From a virus (Duplodnaviria > Caudoviricetes): a DNA stretch of 64,000 nt. Location of the stretch: the IMG/VR virus record IMGVR_UViG_3300026549_000040, positions 32,001 to 96,000 of that record; one strand, 5' to 3'. The notes beneath the pieces are model-generated. The model was not told the DNA's origin. It did no database searches and saw nothing but the letters and a program-made list of their open reading frames with translations. Made by a program: the position numbers and the translations under genes. Each line of letters starts with the position of its first letter. Positions within the stretch are counted from its first letter, which is position 1. Shown one piece after another: positions 45,901 to 55,063 of the stretch.

Positions 45901-46424
45901 TTAAAAAAGATATTTCTTCTTTAAAAGAATCGTTAAGCAAGAAAGATTCGTTAATAAAATCTTTAGACGAGCAATTAGGCAAGTATAAAGATAAATTAAA
46001 TTCTAAACAAGATGACATAGAACAATTAAAAGAACAATATGAAACTGGTCAGAAAGATTTAGAACAATTAAAAAATCAATACGCTAAAAAAGTAGAACAA
46101 CAAAATCAGATCATAGAAAAATATCAAAGAGTAGCAAAAAATTCTGTAAAAAGATATATAGAATCACAGGCGGTTAGACTTGGTGTAAAATCCGATGAAA
46201 TCGTAAATAGGTTACCTAAAAACTATTCTTTCAATGATATAGATACAATATGTGAAGATTTACAAGAGTATAAGTTCAATATGAGTAATTTACCGTTTAG
46301 CCAATATGGTTTAAACGAAGGATTAAAAGTTACCGCAAAAAATGTAAGTAACGGTTTGGTAGAGGCAAACCCAGATGATGAAATCACAGAATATGACTTA
46401 AAGATAGCGGAGGCATTTTTATAA
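42969..46424 (+). CDS. prohead protease (T4 gp21-like) fused to acidic region and coiled-coil scaffold
   Basis: NGRKY, GELQHP, GISSRG, FDLV..P; C-terminal heptads. Confidence 0.85.
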   Translation: MLESLKHEDLQFQELSPEEKQARGILARLSGPIASFTKGTRNGRKYSDKLWEKAFDSPLVKEMFSNGGLPGELQHPADRSETDPTKIAIMMPEPPKKDSNGHLVASVDILDTPCGQIAYQLGKYGFKFGISSRGEGDLIQDFSGEESVDPDTYTLNAFDLVLIPACEDARLQFTESLNSKTSTNTNIRSILSEALNSASDKDRKIMEEAIDELDLSDNYQFVETYNGEDIYFDPETKKYIVGTIDNETVLNSIKNAREYIDRYLTEASNGSKEFVIEFLYDEYNDMTDESDHNLLGHIKVRASSESDALQKAKEYLSSTGYHDALNIRHLKISNDNYSNIPLVEEQVGREETKVNTKPSEILQNKSEDDSEDNKEEVSNNMNQVVAQDEEDKDLLEEALTPEEKMDLWHDGKRRENIKACGDRKLVKYRHICLQNGYDKEVEIIEKELEKRGIPKELYESMDTREDDEPKRASWDTDFHRLDVEYNHNFKQFKDMEKESGVIRDFIDDLKASGKDYDIYEHHSDPGCTIFFNESLTKSLTEDEDNEEDDTDFFAPYWEDLNGTEQSAAEAALAEIKRGSSIEDAVHGAVTMYNEANEDDEYSEEDFFMEEADYKKVLDYVKAHENVDESLTEAKMGMYSYIYGVHAHPNGNDRILAGSRDLDEITRSGIKQAKKIFKNPFMTDKEKYDYLDTMYISNDDTEEIDVSPEFDDYVDGLMSELSSRINKSSNKFNEGAITPKKKIPLTAKEFKYTMSYNGESSDINSAVVIIPNGIKLGDGSFMDAVVHCEDTNGEEINFNSVSEAQDWIDTYGDDCLYRIDNGNELYATPSQAYDIDNSEELTEDKYTRDELFDKFGTDNLDIINAGNEETVELADDNDVAMVEQLQNILKQNKSLEEKVKTLQEKLSVGYAKEMELKEEIDTYKQKVSKLSKKTKEIKVLTEKLSNAERKMKDANSQADGKISTLNESISAKDYENKGLKKDISSLKESLSKKDSLIKSLDEQLGKYKDKLNSKQDDIEQLKEQYETGQKDLEQLKNQYAKKVEQQNQIIEKYQRVAKNSVKRYIESQAVRLGVKSDEIVNRLPKNYSFNDIDTICEDLQEYKFNMSNLPFSQYGLNEGLKVTAKNVSNGLVEANPDDEITEYDLKIAEAFL

Positions 46425-46475
46425 AATTACACATGATTGACAATTTAATAATATAAATAAAGGAAGTTAAATATA

Positions 46476-47810
46476 ATGGCTAATAGATTATTAGAAAAAT
46501 ATTCAAAGAAGATACAGTTAGCAGAAGCTGTATATAAGAAAAGACATCAAGGCGAGCCGATGGACAGCATGAGAAAGATCACTGTTGCTAAGTGTCTTGA
46601 TAATGTTAATAAGTTCCTCAATGAGGCTTTTGATTCTTCAATGGGTACTCAGAGAAGTGCAATGGGAGATTATAAGAGATTTTGTATTGCGTTAACTAAT
46701 GTTGGTCTTCCTAACTTAATCGCTTTTGATTTAGTTCACGTTTCACCGATGAGCTCAATGTATGGTAATGTAGCCTATATTGAATATGTCAAAGGAACAA
46801 CCAAGGGTGAGTCAAAAGAAGGCGATTTCACTAATGGTGTATGGTCGTTAGGTGATGTAGATGTTAACTACACTGGTCAGGCAGTTGTAGAGCCAGTTGA
46901 AAGTTTCACTTCTGAAACTACTGCAGTTGCTTTTAAGCAAGGTGCTAAAGCTGTTCGTCTGTTAGATGCTAATGGCGTTCAAGTTGATGATGCTGATGGT
47001 GAACATCCAGCTACAGTTAATGCTGATACTGGTGTTGTTACACAGACTTCTTTCAAGACAGGTAAGAGTGCTAGCGATGTTAAGAAGATTGCTTATGTCT
47101 ATGATAATGTAGTTATTCCTCAGGAAACTCTTCCAACATTAAAAGCTGAATTAAAGAATATTGGTCTTGAAGCTAGAGCTAGAAGAATCGCTGTATTCTA
47201 TAGTCAGATGGCTGCTTTCCAAGCTAAGACTGATTATGGTTTTGATTTAGCTGACGGTCTTGCTGAACAGGCTGTTGGTCAGTTATCTTATGAGATTGAT
47301 ACTGAGATTTGCAATATGTTAATCGATGCTGCTAGCCCAGTTGCTGGTATCGAAGACTTTAGTAAAACTCTTCCTGTAGGTGTTAACCTTGCAGACCACT
47401 ACGCTGCGTTTGCTGCTAAGTTAGAAGAGTACAAGATGGCATTATATGACAGAACTAAGAAGTTTGTTCCTAACTTTATGTTAGTTGCTTCTGATGTTAT
47501 GCCTGTAATTCAGTTTGTACCTGGATTCCAAGCTGCTACAGTTTCAGACATTAATGGTCCATACTTTGCTGGTACATTAGCTGGTCTTAAAGTATTCGTA
47601 ACTCCGAATATCGATCCTGGTAAGATGATATTTGGTGTTAACCAAGGTGCTATGCAGGCTGCTGCTGGTATTTATGCCCCGTATATGCCTGTTGTTCCGA
47701 CTCAACTTCTTGGATTTGCTGATGGTGGAATGAGTCAGGGCTGGTCAACGATGTATGACTGCAAGATCTTAAATGCGGATCTGTTAATTTCAGCTAACAT
47801 TGTTGCTTAA
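46476..47810 (+). CDS. major capsid protein (T4 gp23-like)
   Basis: PNLIAFDLV.V.PM, EARARR, LSYEID.EI, GIYAPYMP. Confidence 0.92.
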   Translation: MANRLLEKYSKKIQLAEAVYKKRHQGEPMDSMRKITVAKCLDNVNKFLNEAFDSSMGTQRSAMGDYKRFCIALTNVGLPNLIAFDLVHVSPMSSMYGNVAYIEYVKGTTKGESKEGDFTNGVWSLGDVDVNYTGQAVVEPVESFTSETTAVAFKQGAKAVRLLDANGVQVDDADGEHPATVNADTGVVTQTSFKTGKSASDVKKIAYVYDNVVIPQETLPTLKAELKNIGLEARARRIAVFYSQMAAFQAKTDYGFDLADGLAEQAVGQLSYEIDTEICNMLIDAASPVAGIEDFSKTLPVGVNLADHYAAFAAKLEEYKMALYDRTKKFVPNFMLVASDVMPVIQFVPGFQAATVSDINGPYFAGTLAGLKVFVTPNIDPGKMIFGVNQGAMQAAAGIYAPYMPVVPTQLLGFADGGMSQGWSTMYDCKILNADLLISANIVA

Positions 47811-47845
47811 TTAGTTAGTAGATATTATTAATATGATATCGTATT

Positions 47846-47875
47846 GGGGGTGAATATTTTTTCATCCCCTTTTTA
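47846..47875 (+). terminator. intrinsic terminator after capsid gene
   Basis: GGGGGTGAA/TTCATCCCC followed by T run. Confidence 0.75.
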
Positions 47876-47882
47876 TTAAACA

Positions 47883-47911
47883 TTTACAATCATATAGATA
47901 TGTAATATAAT
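47883..47911 (+). promoter_or_regulatory. sigmaA-type promoter
   Basis: TTTACA-17-TATAAT. Confidence 0.6.
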
Positions 47912-48073
47912 AAATATTATATAGTTACATTATTTATATATGATATGTAGGAGATTTATTCTCAGAAGCCGTCAAAATGTTTATGAAGTCAACGAGTATG
48001 AAGCAGTTGTATATTGGAAACAATTCAATTTGCGAATCGTTGACGCCAATTTATGAAAAGGAGGTAAAGTGAC

Positions 48074-48268
48074 ATGGAAAGAAATACGATGGAGAAAAAA
48101 TTTGCAAAGGCTTTATTTAAGTATTCGTTTGGAAAAGTATCCGTGGACGAAGCAGAAAAGATTGCGCCGTCTTTTGTTAGCAAGTTTCTCAAAGGTTGCG
48201 AGTCCTCCCATACATTAGCGCACAAGGGACTTGATTGGTACGCCAAAGAAGTAGCAAAGAATATGTAA
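48074..48268 (+). CDS. small moron-like hypothetical protein
   Basis: AAAGGAGGT SD, higher GC, own terminator. Confidence 0.7.
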   Translation: MERNTMEKKFAKALFKYSFGKVSVDEAEKIAPSFVSKFLKGCESSHTLAHKGLDWYAKEVAKNM

Positions 48269-48285
48269 AGAAAGTTTGAAACCAC

Positions 48286-48310
48286 AAAAGCCCGCCGAAG
48301 CGGGCTTTTT
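48286..48310 (+). terminator. intrinsic terminator
   Basis: AAAAGCCCGC-CGAA-GCGGGCTTTTT. Confidence 0.85.
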
Positions 48311-48455
48311 GTGTGCGATAAAAATAATCAGATTTGCAATTATTTAAGGACTAAATGCAACACCCATCTATTTAAAGAGTAAATGCAACAAAAATTGCAT
48401 TTTCTTCTTTAATTCACGAATAAGCTTAGACTTTTTTATTTTTTTAATTTAACTA

Positions 48456-48500
48456 TTTACAAATGGGTATAGGTATGTTATTATAATTATAGGAAAGGGG
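48456..48500 (+). promoter_or_regulatory. early promoter with AATTATAGGAA box
   Basis: TTTACA-17-TATTAT with extended TG. Confidence 0.7.
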
Positions 48501-48524
48501 AGTTATTAAAAAGGAGGTAAGGAC

Positions 48525-49049
48525 ATGGAATTCAAGAGTGGAATGAAAGTTCAATCAGAAGTGATATTGATTGAATCTATCACATACGGTTCAGAACCAA
48601 AGCATTACTACGACGATGGCATTAGACATATCTATAAATTTATGGATAAAGACGATAATGTGTTTACTTGGTTCACCACAAAAGTATTAGGATTTGACTT
48701 TGTAACTTCACGGGGAAATGTTGACTTTGAATTCATTAATGAAGGTGATAAAATGGAAATTCGTGGTACTATTAAGTCAATAGGTGAATATAAAGGCGAA
48801 CCCCAGATCATTATAACCAGAGTTAAAGTAACTAATGTTAATAAGTCCAATCTTAGTGAAGATAAAATAAACGAATTAAAGCGTATTGTTCAGTTAGCAA
48901 AATATGATAGAATGCCTGGAGTATACAAGGTTATTAATGTTTCTTATAGAGAATATAAAGAAAAGTATAAAGAGTATGAAGTAGTACATGGTAGTTTTAA
49001 GAGAACTGATCATGGTAGCTATGTTGATATTATTATTTATAGGGGGTGA
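48525..49049 (+). CDS. OB-fold-like early protein
   Basis: IRGTIK...EYKGEPQ..ITRVK. Confidence 0.55.
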   Translation: MEFKSGMKVQSEVILIESITYGSEPKHYYDDGIRHIYKFMDKDDNVFTWFTTKVLGFDFVTSRGNVDFEFINEGDKMEIRGTIKSIGEYKGEPQIIITRVKVTNVNKSNLSEDKINELKRIVQLAKYDRMPGVYKVINVSYREYKEKYKEYEVVHGSFKRTDHGSYVDIIIYRG

Positions 49050-49249
49050 TTAATATGACAACCTTAACAGAAAGAGCTAATATGCACATCTGCTGTATTT
49101 GTGGAAAAGAATATAATGGTCATGGTAATAATCCATACCCTATTGGTTGGGATATCTATTCAGAAGATGATAGATGTTGTGATGAATGTAATAGAAAATA
49201 TGTTATACCAGCTAGAATTGCAGAATTGTACTCTGGGAAGAGGAGGTGA
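49046..49249 (+). CDS. small zinc-finger protein
   Basis: CCICG...GNNPYP...CCDECN. Confidence 0.65.
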   Translation: MINMTTLTERANMHICCICGKEYNGHGNNPYPIGWDIYSEDDRCCDECNRKYVIPARIAELYSGKRR

Positions 49250-49818
49250 TTTGTATGAGAGAGTTATTATTCTATCCGGCATTTAAAAGATCTGACAATG
49301 GCGAGTATATTCCACTAGTTTATAATTATAAAGGAAAACCTTCACAAATTTTTTGGAAGAGTCAGAGTTTTATTGATATAGATTATTTTATAGAGAAGTT
49401 TCCTATGGTAAAAAGAGAAAATCTTATAAACAGTGATTTTAAAGATTTAGTCTTTACACTTGATGATGATCGTAAAGATGGTCCTTCATACGTGTATGAA
49501 ATAACAGAAAAAGATCTTATTCAAGAATCTAAAGATATGGGCATAGTTTCTGGATATTGCCCAAAAGAAGAAGTTAAACTGTATTACGAAGTTGATAATC
49601 CCCAAGAGTATCTATATTGGGAAATGAGTAAACCTATAAGGGCAGATTTTATAGCAGAGTTATCCGAAGAAGAAAGAAGTAAGTATATGAAATTTTATAC
49701 TGTAGATATGTATAGCTCAAGTTATGTATGTAATATATTGTATGAGACTCTAGATAGATTGGATATACCCTGGGATATAGATGGAGAATCATGTATACTA
49801 ATTAACTATTCTTTTTAA
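49246..49818 (+). CDS. hypothetical protein
   Basis: AGGAGGTGA SD. Confidence 0.65.
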   Translation: MICMRELLFYPAFKRSDNGEYIPLVYNYKGKPSQIFWKSQSFIDIDYFIEKFPMVKRENLINSDFKDLVFTLDDDRKDGPSYVYEITEKDLIQESKDMGIVSGYCPKEEVKLYYEVDNPQEYLYWEMSKPIRADFIAELSEEERSKYMKFYTVDMYSSSYVCNILYETLDRLDIPWDIDGESCILINYSF

Positions 49819-49825
49819 GATAATG

Positions 49826-49854
49826 TTTACATTATGCATAATGTAATATATAAT
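49826..49854 (+). promoter_or_regulatory. sigmaA-type promoter
   Basis: TTTACA-17-TATAAT. Confidence 0.55.
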
Positions 49855-49897
49855 AAATTTGTACTTAATAAAACTAATTGTTGAGAGGAGAAAAATT

Positions 49898-50251
49898 ATG
49901 ACAAAGAAGGAACTTATTAATTCATCAGATTATGTAGTTGATAAGGCTGTTAAGATCGCTGGTACTAACTATGACAGACGCAGAAAAGTTACAAAATCTA
50001 TGAAGAGAAGAATGAATCAGATGTACGAAGCTGGTAAAAGTATTTATTCCATCTCAGAGCATTTTAATGTTTCTTATGACTCTGTAAAGAGAGCTGTCAA
50101 TAGTATGTTTAATGAAGCTGAAAAAGCAAGGAAAAGGGAAGTAAATAAGAAGCATGGCCCATATACGGATTACGATCCATCAAATCTTTCTAACAGAGCT
50201 AACTATAAAAGACAGCTGCTTATGGAAAATAAGCGTTTAGTTATTTCATAA
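49898..50251 (+). CDS. HTH DNA-binding protein
   Basis: MYEAGKSIYSISEHFNVSYDSVKRAV; start revised to MTKK after GAGGAG. Confidence 0.65.
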   Translation: MTKKELINSSDYVVDKAVKIAGTNYDRRRKVTKSMKRRMNQMYEAGKSIYSISEHFNVSYDSVKRAVNSMFNEAEKARKREVNKKHGPYTDYDPSNLSNRANYKRQLLMENKRLVIS

Positions 50252-50323
50252 TATAAAGGGATTATATATAATCCCTTTATACCTTTTATATTTAGATTAA
50301 TGTGAGTATTTAGGAGGTATGGT

Positions 50324-50758
50324 ATGAACATTAACTATTATGCAGGGAAGATCATTTATTATATCAAGAGATTCGTAATTGTGGTTTTTAATATTAAAAC
50401 TTATGAAACAGAAGTAGAAAGACTTAACAATCTGAGGAAGATAGATAAAGAAATGATGGAGCTGTATGAAGAGACTATTTCATACTATTCCAGAGAGCTA
50501 AAAGAACTTGAGCATATTTGTAAAGAACCTTTATCTGTTGTAGAGGCTGTTGATAGAATAAAGCATAGTTCATATGCACAAGGACGCAAAGATGCCTATT
50601 CACAAATGGGTATAAAAGCACTTAATGCAAGGGTAGATGGTAATACATTGTTAGTTGATGAAGAAGGAAAACTTATAGAAGTAATCACAACACCAACACT
50701 TGAAGAAGTGTGTATGGATGAAGGAATTGATATTAATGAATTGGAGAATGTATCATAA
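50324..50758 (+). CDS. hypothetical protein
   Basis: AGGAGGT SD. Confidence 0.65.
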   Translation: MNINYYAGKIIYYIKRFVIVVFNIKTYETEVERLNNLRKIDKEMMELYEETISYYSRELKELEHICKEPLSVVEAVDRIKHSSYAQGRKDAYSQMGIKALNARVDGNTLLVDEEGKLIEVITTPTLEEVCMDEGIDINELENVS

Positions 50759-51673
50759 ATGAAATTAGAAAATTTAGAAGTATTTAATTTTAAGGGTGCT
50801 TTTAGAGGCATGCGTAATCCTATGAATAGCTGGGATAGAAGTGACAGTTATTTTGGTTTGGCAAATTTTGATTATGATAATCCGATATCTAAGCTATCAA
50901 ATAAGTGGGTTGAAAATGAAAATAAAATAAGAGAAATAACAGGGAAGAATGTATTTGAAAAAGGTACAGAAAAATATTATGAAGTATGGTCAAAATATTA
51001 TGATTGGTTAGAAGGATATAGTAAATTAAATGTAGATAGTTATACTACTGAACTTATATGTATTGGGCCTGAAGATATGAAATTAGCTCAGAGGTTGATA
51101 AGATCTGGAAGTGAACATCGTAAATTTTTAAGACAGATTATTATTTGTTTTGATCTTGAAGCCCCATTATATTTCTGGAAAGAATTTGATACCTATAAAG
51201 TAGGTACAGCATCGAATTCTACTTCAACAATGCATAAATTAGCTTCTACACCAATAACATTAGATTGTTTTGAAACAGATGATTATGAACCTAATTTAAT
51301 CTATCTTACTGGTGTAGATGATAGTGGAGATAATATGTTTTCATATCAGTTGACAGTTAGAGATATTGTTGAATCTCAAGGTATGAATACATATGATGAA
51401 CCTACAATTATTCAATTTCTTGAAGAACTTCGTGTAAAATATAATAAAACTAAATATAAAAAATATTGGAAAGAACTAATAAGATGGTTACCTGAAAGTT
51501 GGTTACAGAAAAGAACTATAACTATGAATTATGAAACAGCTTTTAATATTATACATCAGAGAAAAAATCATAAACTTTCAGAGTGGCACTATCTAATAGA
51601 TAAATTTAAAGAACTATTACCATACGCTAATGAACTATTGTTTATTGAAGAACAGGATGTAAAACTGCCATAG
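50759..51673 (+). CDS. ThyX-like (flavin-dependent thymidylate synthase-related) phage protein
   Basis: RGMRNPMNSW, HRKFLRQ, APLYFWKEFDTY, NSTSTMH, QRKNHKL.EW; family assignment tentative. Confidence 0.55.
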   Translation: MKLENLEVFNFKGAFRGMRNPMNSWDRSDSYFGLANFDYDNPISKLSNKWVENENKIREITGKNVFEKGTEKYYEVWSKYYDWLEGYSKLNVDSYTTELICIGPEDMKLAQRLIRSGSEHRKFLRQIIICFDLEAPLYFWKEFDTYKVGTASNSTSTMHKLASTPITLDCFETDDYEPNLIYLTGVDDSGDNMFSYQLTVRDIVESQGMNTYDEPTIIQFLEELRVKYNKTKYKKYWKELIRWLPESWLQKRTITMNYETAFNIIHQRKNHKLSEWHYLIDKFKELLPYANELLFIEEQDVKLP

Positions 51674-51698
51674 GTATTTATTAAGAGGATTTTTAATT

Positions 51699-52034
51699 AT
51701 GTTAGAAGATAGTCATGTGCAATTTATATCTTATACTGGTAAATATCCAAATCTTTGTAGTGGTATCTTAACTTTAAAAATTGATAATAAAGAAGTTTCT
51801 TTTGGCAAAGATTACTCATTACCAGATTCTGAAAATAAATCAAATTTTAATTCTTTTTGGTCTTCTGGTGGTGGGTGTAGTTTTAACGATGATTGGACAG
51901 AATCTTTCGTTAATCGTGATGAGTGGATTATTTATGAAGATGATCTTCCAGAAGAGTATCAGAAGTATGCAGAAGAGATTGAAGAAGTTTTTAATGAAAA
52001 CGTGAAACATGGATGCTGTGGTGGATGTCTTTAA
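51699..52034 (+). CDS. conserved phage hypothetical protein
   Basis: YPNLCSG...FWSSGG...GCCGGC. Confidence 0.65.
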   Translation: MLEDSHVQFISYTGKYPNLCSGILTLKIDNKEVSFGKDYSLPDSENKSNFNSFWSSGGGCSFNDDWTESFVNRDEWIIYEDDLPEEYQKYAEEIEEVFNENVKHGCCGGCL

Positions 52035-52047
52035 TTAGGAGGCACTT

Positions 52048-53241
52048 ATGATTATAAATGGTAAACGAGCTCTTGCTCACACTGAAAAAATTGAATGGAT
52101 AAAACCTATAGAAGGTGCAGATAATATAGAGCTAGTAGGAATTCTTGGTTGGACTTGCATTGCAAAGATAGGTGAGTTCAAAGAAGGAGATACTTGTGTA
52201 TATATTGAAATAGATTCTAAAGTACCTGAAAAAGAATGGTCTGAATTTCTTAGGGGAAAACATTTTAAAGTAAAGACAATGAAACTTGGTAAATTTAAAG
52301 TTATTTCTCAAGGATTAGCTTTACCGATTGATTCTTTTGATGTAGAAATTCCTAATAAGATAGGTATTGATGTTACAGATATTCTTGGTATTAAATATTC
52401 TGTAAAAGAGGATAATAGGAGAAAAGGGAAGGGTATTGATAAATATCAGTCTATGGCTCAACGTAGACCAGATATATTTAAACGTCCTTGGGCTCGCTGG
52501 GTGATGCGTAGAATGTGGGGAAAGAGAATTATGTTTTTCTTTTTTGGTAAGAAGAAAGATACCGATAGAAAGTTCCCTACAAAGTTTGAATATATTCATA
52601 AAACAGATCAAGAGCGGGTTGAAAATATGCCTTGGGTTCTTGAAGACAAAACTCCTTTTATTCGTACACAAAAATGTGATGGGTCAAGTGCTACTTATAT
52701 TCTTGAAAGAAAAGGTAGGGGGAAATATGAATTCTATGTGTGTTCAAGAAATGTAAGGATGATAGATGAGAAGTCAGAAAATTTCTTTGGTGAAGACAAT
52801 CCATATTGGGAAATGGCGATAAAATATGATATCGAAAATAAACTTAAAGACTATTTAGAATGGTTCAAAACTGTTGATTATGTATGTTGGCAAGGGGAAA
52901 TATGTGGACCTAAGATCCAAAAAAATCCTCATAAATTAAAAGAAAATCATTTATATCTGTTTCATATGATTGATAGCGAAATAGGTATGTTTGATATAAG
53001 AAAAGCTAAGTATTTTTGGGATAGATACTTTATGGAGTCTGTTCCTATTATGGAAGATGATTATATATTACCAGATAGTCTTGAAGAGTTTAAGTTAAGT
53101 GCCGATGGGTATTATGACTCACAAGTATGCGAAGGAATAATGAATTGTAAAAGAGAGGGGTGGGTATACTATAAAACAGATGATCCAACATTTAGCTTTA
53201 AGAATGTATCAAGAGAGTATTTATTGAAAAAGGGTGAGTAA
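52048..53241 (+). CDS. RNA ligase (Rnl2/DRB0094-like)
   Basis: PIEGADNIE N-domain; KCDGSS, WQGE, EGWV, FKNVS motifs. Confidence 0.88.
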   Translation: MIINGKRALAHTEKIEWIKPIEGADNIELVGILGWTCIAKIGEFKEGDTCVYIEIDSKVPEKEWSEFLRGKHFKVKTMKLGKFKVISQGLALPIDSFDVEIPNKIGIDVTDILGIKYSVKEDNRRKGKGIDKYQSMAQRRPDIFKRPWARWVMRRMWGKRIMFFFFGKKKDTDRKFPTKFEYIHKTDQERVENMPWVLEDKTPFIRTQKCDGSSATYILERKGRGKYEFYVCSRNVRMIDEKSENFFGEDNPYWEMAIKYDIENKLKDYLEWFKTVDYVCWQGEICGPKIQKNPHKLKENHLYLFHMIDSEIGMFDIRKAKYFWDRYFMESVPIMEDDYILPDSLEEFKLSADGYYDSQVCEGIMNCKREGWVYYKTDDPTFSFKNVSREYLLKKGE

Positions 53242-53387
53242 TGAAATATCAATTAGTATTTATATTTGGGTTATCTGTAGGATTTTTTATAAGCTCTTTA
53301 CATGGTGCCAATAAAATAAATGATATACATGCAGGATATGGTCAAATATTAAAACATATATCTGAAAGGGATAAAGATGAAAACTAA
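53241..53387 (+). CDS. 48-aa membrane peptide
   Basis: TAATG coupling, N-terminal TM. Confidence 0.45.
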   Translation: MKYQLVFIFGLSVGFFISSLHGANKINDIHAGYGQILKHISERDKDEN

Positions 53388-53736
53388 AGTATTTACAAAA
53401 AATAAAGATGGAAAGATTGAGTTCACAGAGTTAGAACTTAAAAGATTATTAGATGAAATTTATAATGATGGGTATAATGATGGAAAGAAGAATTGTACTT
53501 ATACATATACAACTCCATATAGATACCCATATACACCTTGGTATTATACTTATTGTAATAGTAATAATATAACATCAGGTTCAAGTGCAGAGGGTTATAC
53601 TCTTTCAACTGTAACTTCTTCTACTTGTAGTGATAATACAAAATGTAATTGTAGTGATAAGAAGAAAGATGATGATAAATATACGTTTACATATACATTT
53701 GATAATACAAATAAGAAGAAGGGGAATAATAAATGA
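53377..53736 (+). CDS. hypothetical protein
   Basis: ORF within operon. Confidence 0.6.
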   Translation: MKTKVFTKNKDGKIEFTELELKRLLDEIYNDGYNDGKKNCTYTYTTPYRYPYTPWYYTYCNSNNITSGSSAEGYTLSTVTSSTCSDNTKCNCSDKKKDDDKYTFTYTFDNTNKKKGNNK

Positions 53737-54137
53737 ATTTAAAAACATTGGTAGAAGAGGGTTATAGTATACTTAATGGAAGAATAGTAGATTTTTCTAT
53801 TGAAAGTACTGGAACAGCTCTTGTATCTAAAGTTATTATAGAAGGTGATAATTGGACATGTAACTTTGGTATCTATGATTTACTAAGAAGTGATTTCGAT
53901 GGTTTGGCTTTTATTAAAGGGCTGATGGATGTTCTAGAAACACCCAAGATTTCTGATCTTACAGGTAAGATAATAAGGTTAGCAGCTAAGCCCGATGAAC
54001 AAGTTAAGATAATTGGTAACATCTTATATGATGTATGGCTTAATTGTGAGGACTATGAATCAAAAGAATCAGATTTAGAAGATACTGAAATTCAAGTTAA
54101 TAATAATGAAGATGAGCTTATAGAGGAGGAAGAATAA
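53733..54137 (+). CDS. hypothetical protein
   Basis: ORF within operon. Confidence 0.6.
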   Translation: MNLKTLVEEGYSILNGRIVDFSIESTGTALVSKVIIEGDNWTCNFGIYDLLRSDFDGLAFIKGLMDVLETPKISDLTGKIIRLAAKPDEQVKIIGNILYDVWLNCEDYESKESDLEDTEIQVNNNEDELIEEEE

Positions 54138-54139
54138 GA

Positions 54140-55003
54140 ATGTTCTATCCAACAGATACTGGTGTACATCTTATTATAGATGGTGATCATATTGAAACCA
54201 TATCTAATACAGAAGATGTACCCGAACAATTTTGTACTGAGTGTATAAATTATATAGAAGATACCACAGAAAGTAAAGAAAAGCACTTTAATGTTCATTT
54301 TGATTGTACTTCCGGTGAGGAACTAAGCTTTGTACAGATTGGAGAATATGGATTTAATATTTGCATTTCTACAGAAGAAGAACCCTGTACTAAAGTTGTT
54401 TTAGATCTTCCTACAGAAAATAATTTTCCTCATAATTATATGTCACTTAGTAATAAGGAATTAGTAAAATGCTTATTAGTAGAAGCTGTAGAAGATTTTG
54501 AAAGAGATTTCTCAAAATGGGTCAATATCTTGTGTGTAGATAAATCAAATAAAAAAGTAAGAGATGAAAAAGCTATAGAATTACATAAACTATTGCTAAG
54601 AGCGAGGGCTGTAATTCAAGATTATGAAAGTAAAACTAAGGTAAATATTAAAACTTCCTCGGGTAATAATTATCCGATAAAAGATAGAGCTGCTTGGGAA
54701 AAAGTATTTTATACACTATTTGAACCAGAGTTTGATTCATATATGTATTATCAAGATATAGATAATCCAGATGCCAAATCATTCCTTACAGATAGAGGTG
54801 GATATGAAAATGATGTTTTTTTGATTAATCCATATTATTGGGGGGATGATGAAAAAATAGCTGGAGAACCTAATTTTATATATAAGCCTTCAGATCTAAA
54901 AATATATTGGTATAAATATCCTTTTAGAGGAGCTTATATGAATAAAGATATAAAGTTAGAAGAATTTATAAGGATTCTTCAAAAGTGTAAGACTTCTATG
55001 TAG
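54140..55003 (+). CDS. hypothetical protein
   Basis: C-terminal PYYWGD...PNF.YK...WYKYPFR. Confidence 0.65.
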   Translation: MFYPTDTGVHLIIDGDHIETISNTEDVPEQFCTECINYIEDTTESKEKHFNVHFDCTSGEELSFVQIGEYGFNICISTEEEPCTKVVLDLPTENNFPHNYMSLSNKELVKCLLVEAVEDFERDFSKWVNILCVDKSNKKVRDEKAIELHKLLLRARAVIQDYESKTKVNIKTSSGNNYPIKDRAAWEKVFYTLFEPEFDSYMYYQDIDNPDAKSFLTDRGGYENDVFLINPYYWGDDEKIAGEPNFIYKPSDLKIYWYKYPFRGAYMNKDIKLEEFIRILQKCKTSM

Positions 55004-55007
55004 TAGA

Positions 55008-55040
55008 AAAGGGTCTAGGTTATATCCTGGGCTCTTTTTT
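55008..55040 (+). terminator. intrinsic terminator
   Basis: GGGTCTAGG/CCTGGGCTC followed by T6. Confidence 0.7.
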
Positions 55041-55063
55041 AGTATTAAAATAATAAAATTTAA

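Noticed and set aside
46437-46459. TTGACA and T4-type TATAAATA upstream of the capsid gene
   Set aside because: Spacing does not fit sigmaA, and TATAAATA is expected by chance in such AT-rich DNA; not supportable without TSS data.
5065-47810. Introns or inteins in nrdD, terminase, portal or capsid genes
   Set aside because: ORFs are continuous and of ordinary length, with no intein C...HN or LAGLIDADG signatures noticed.
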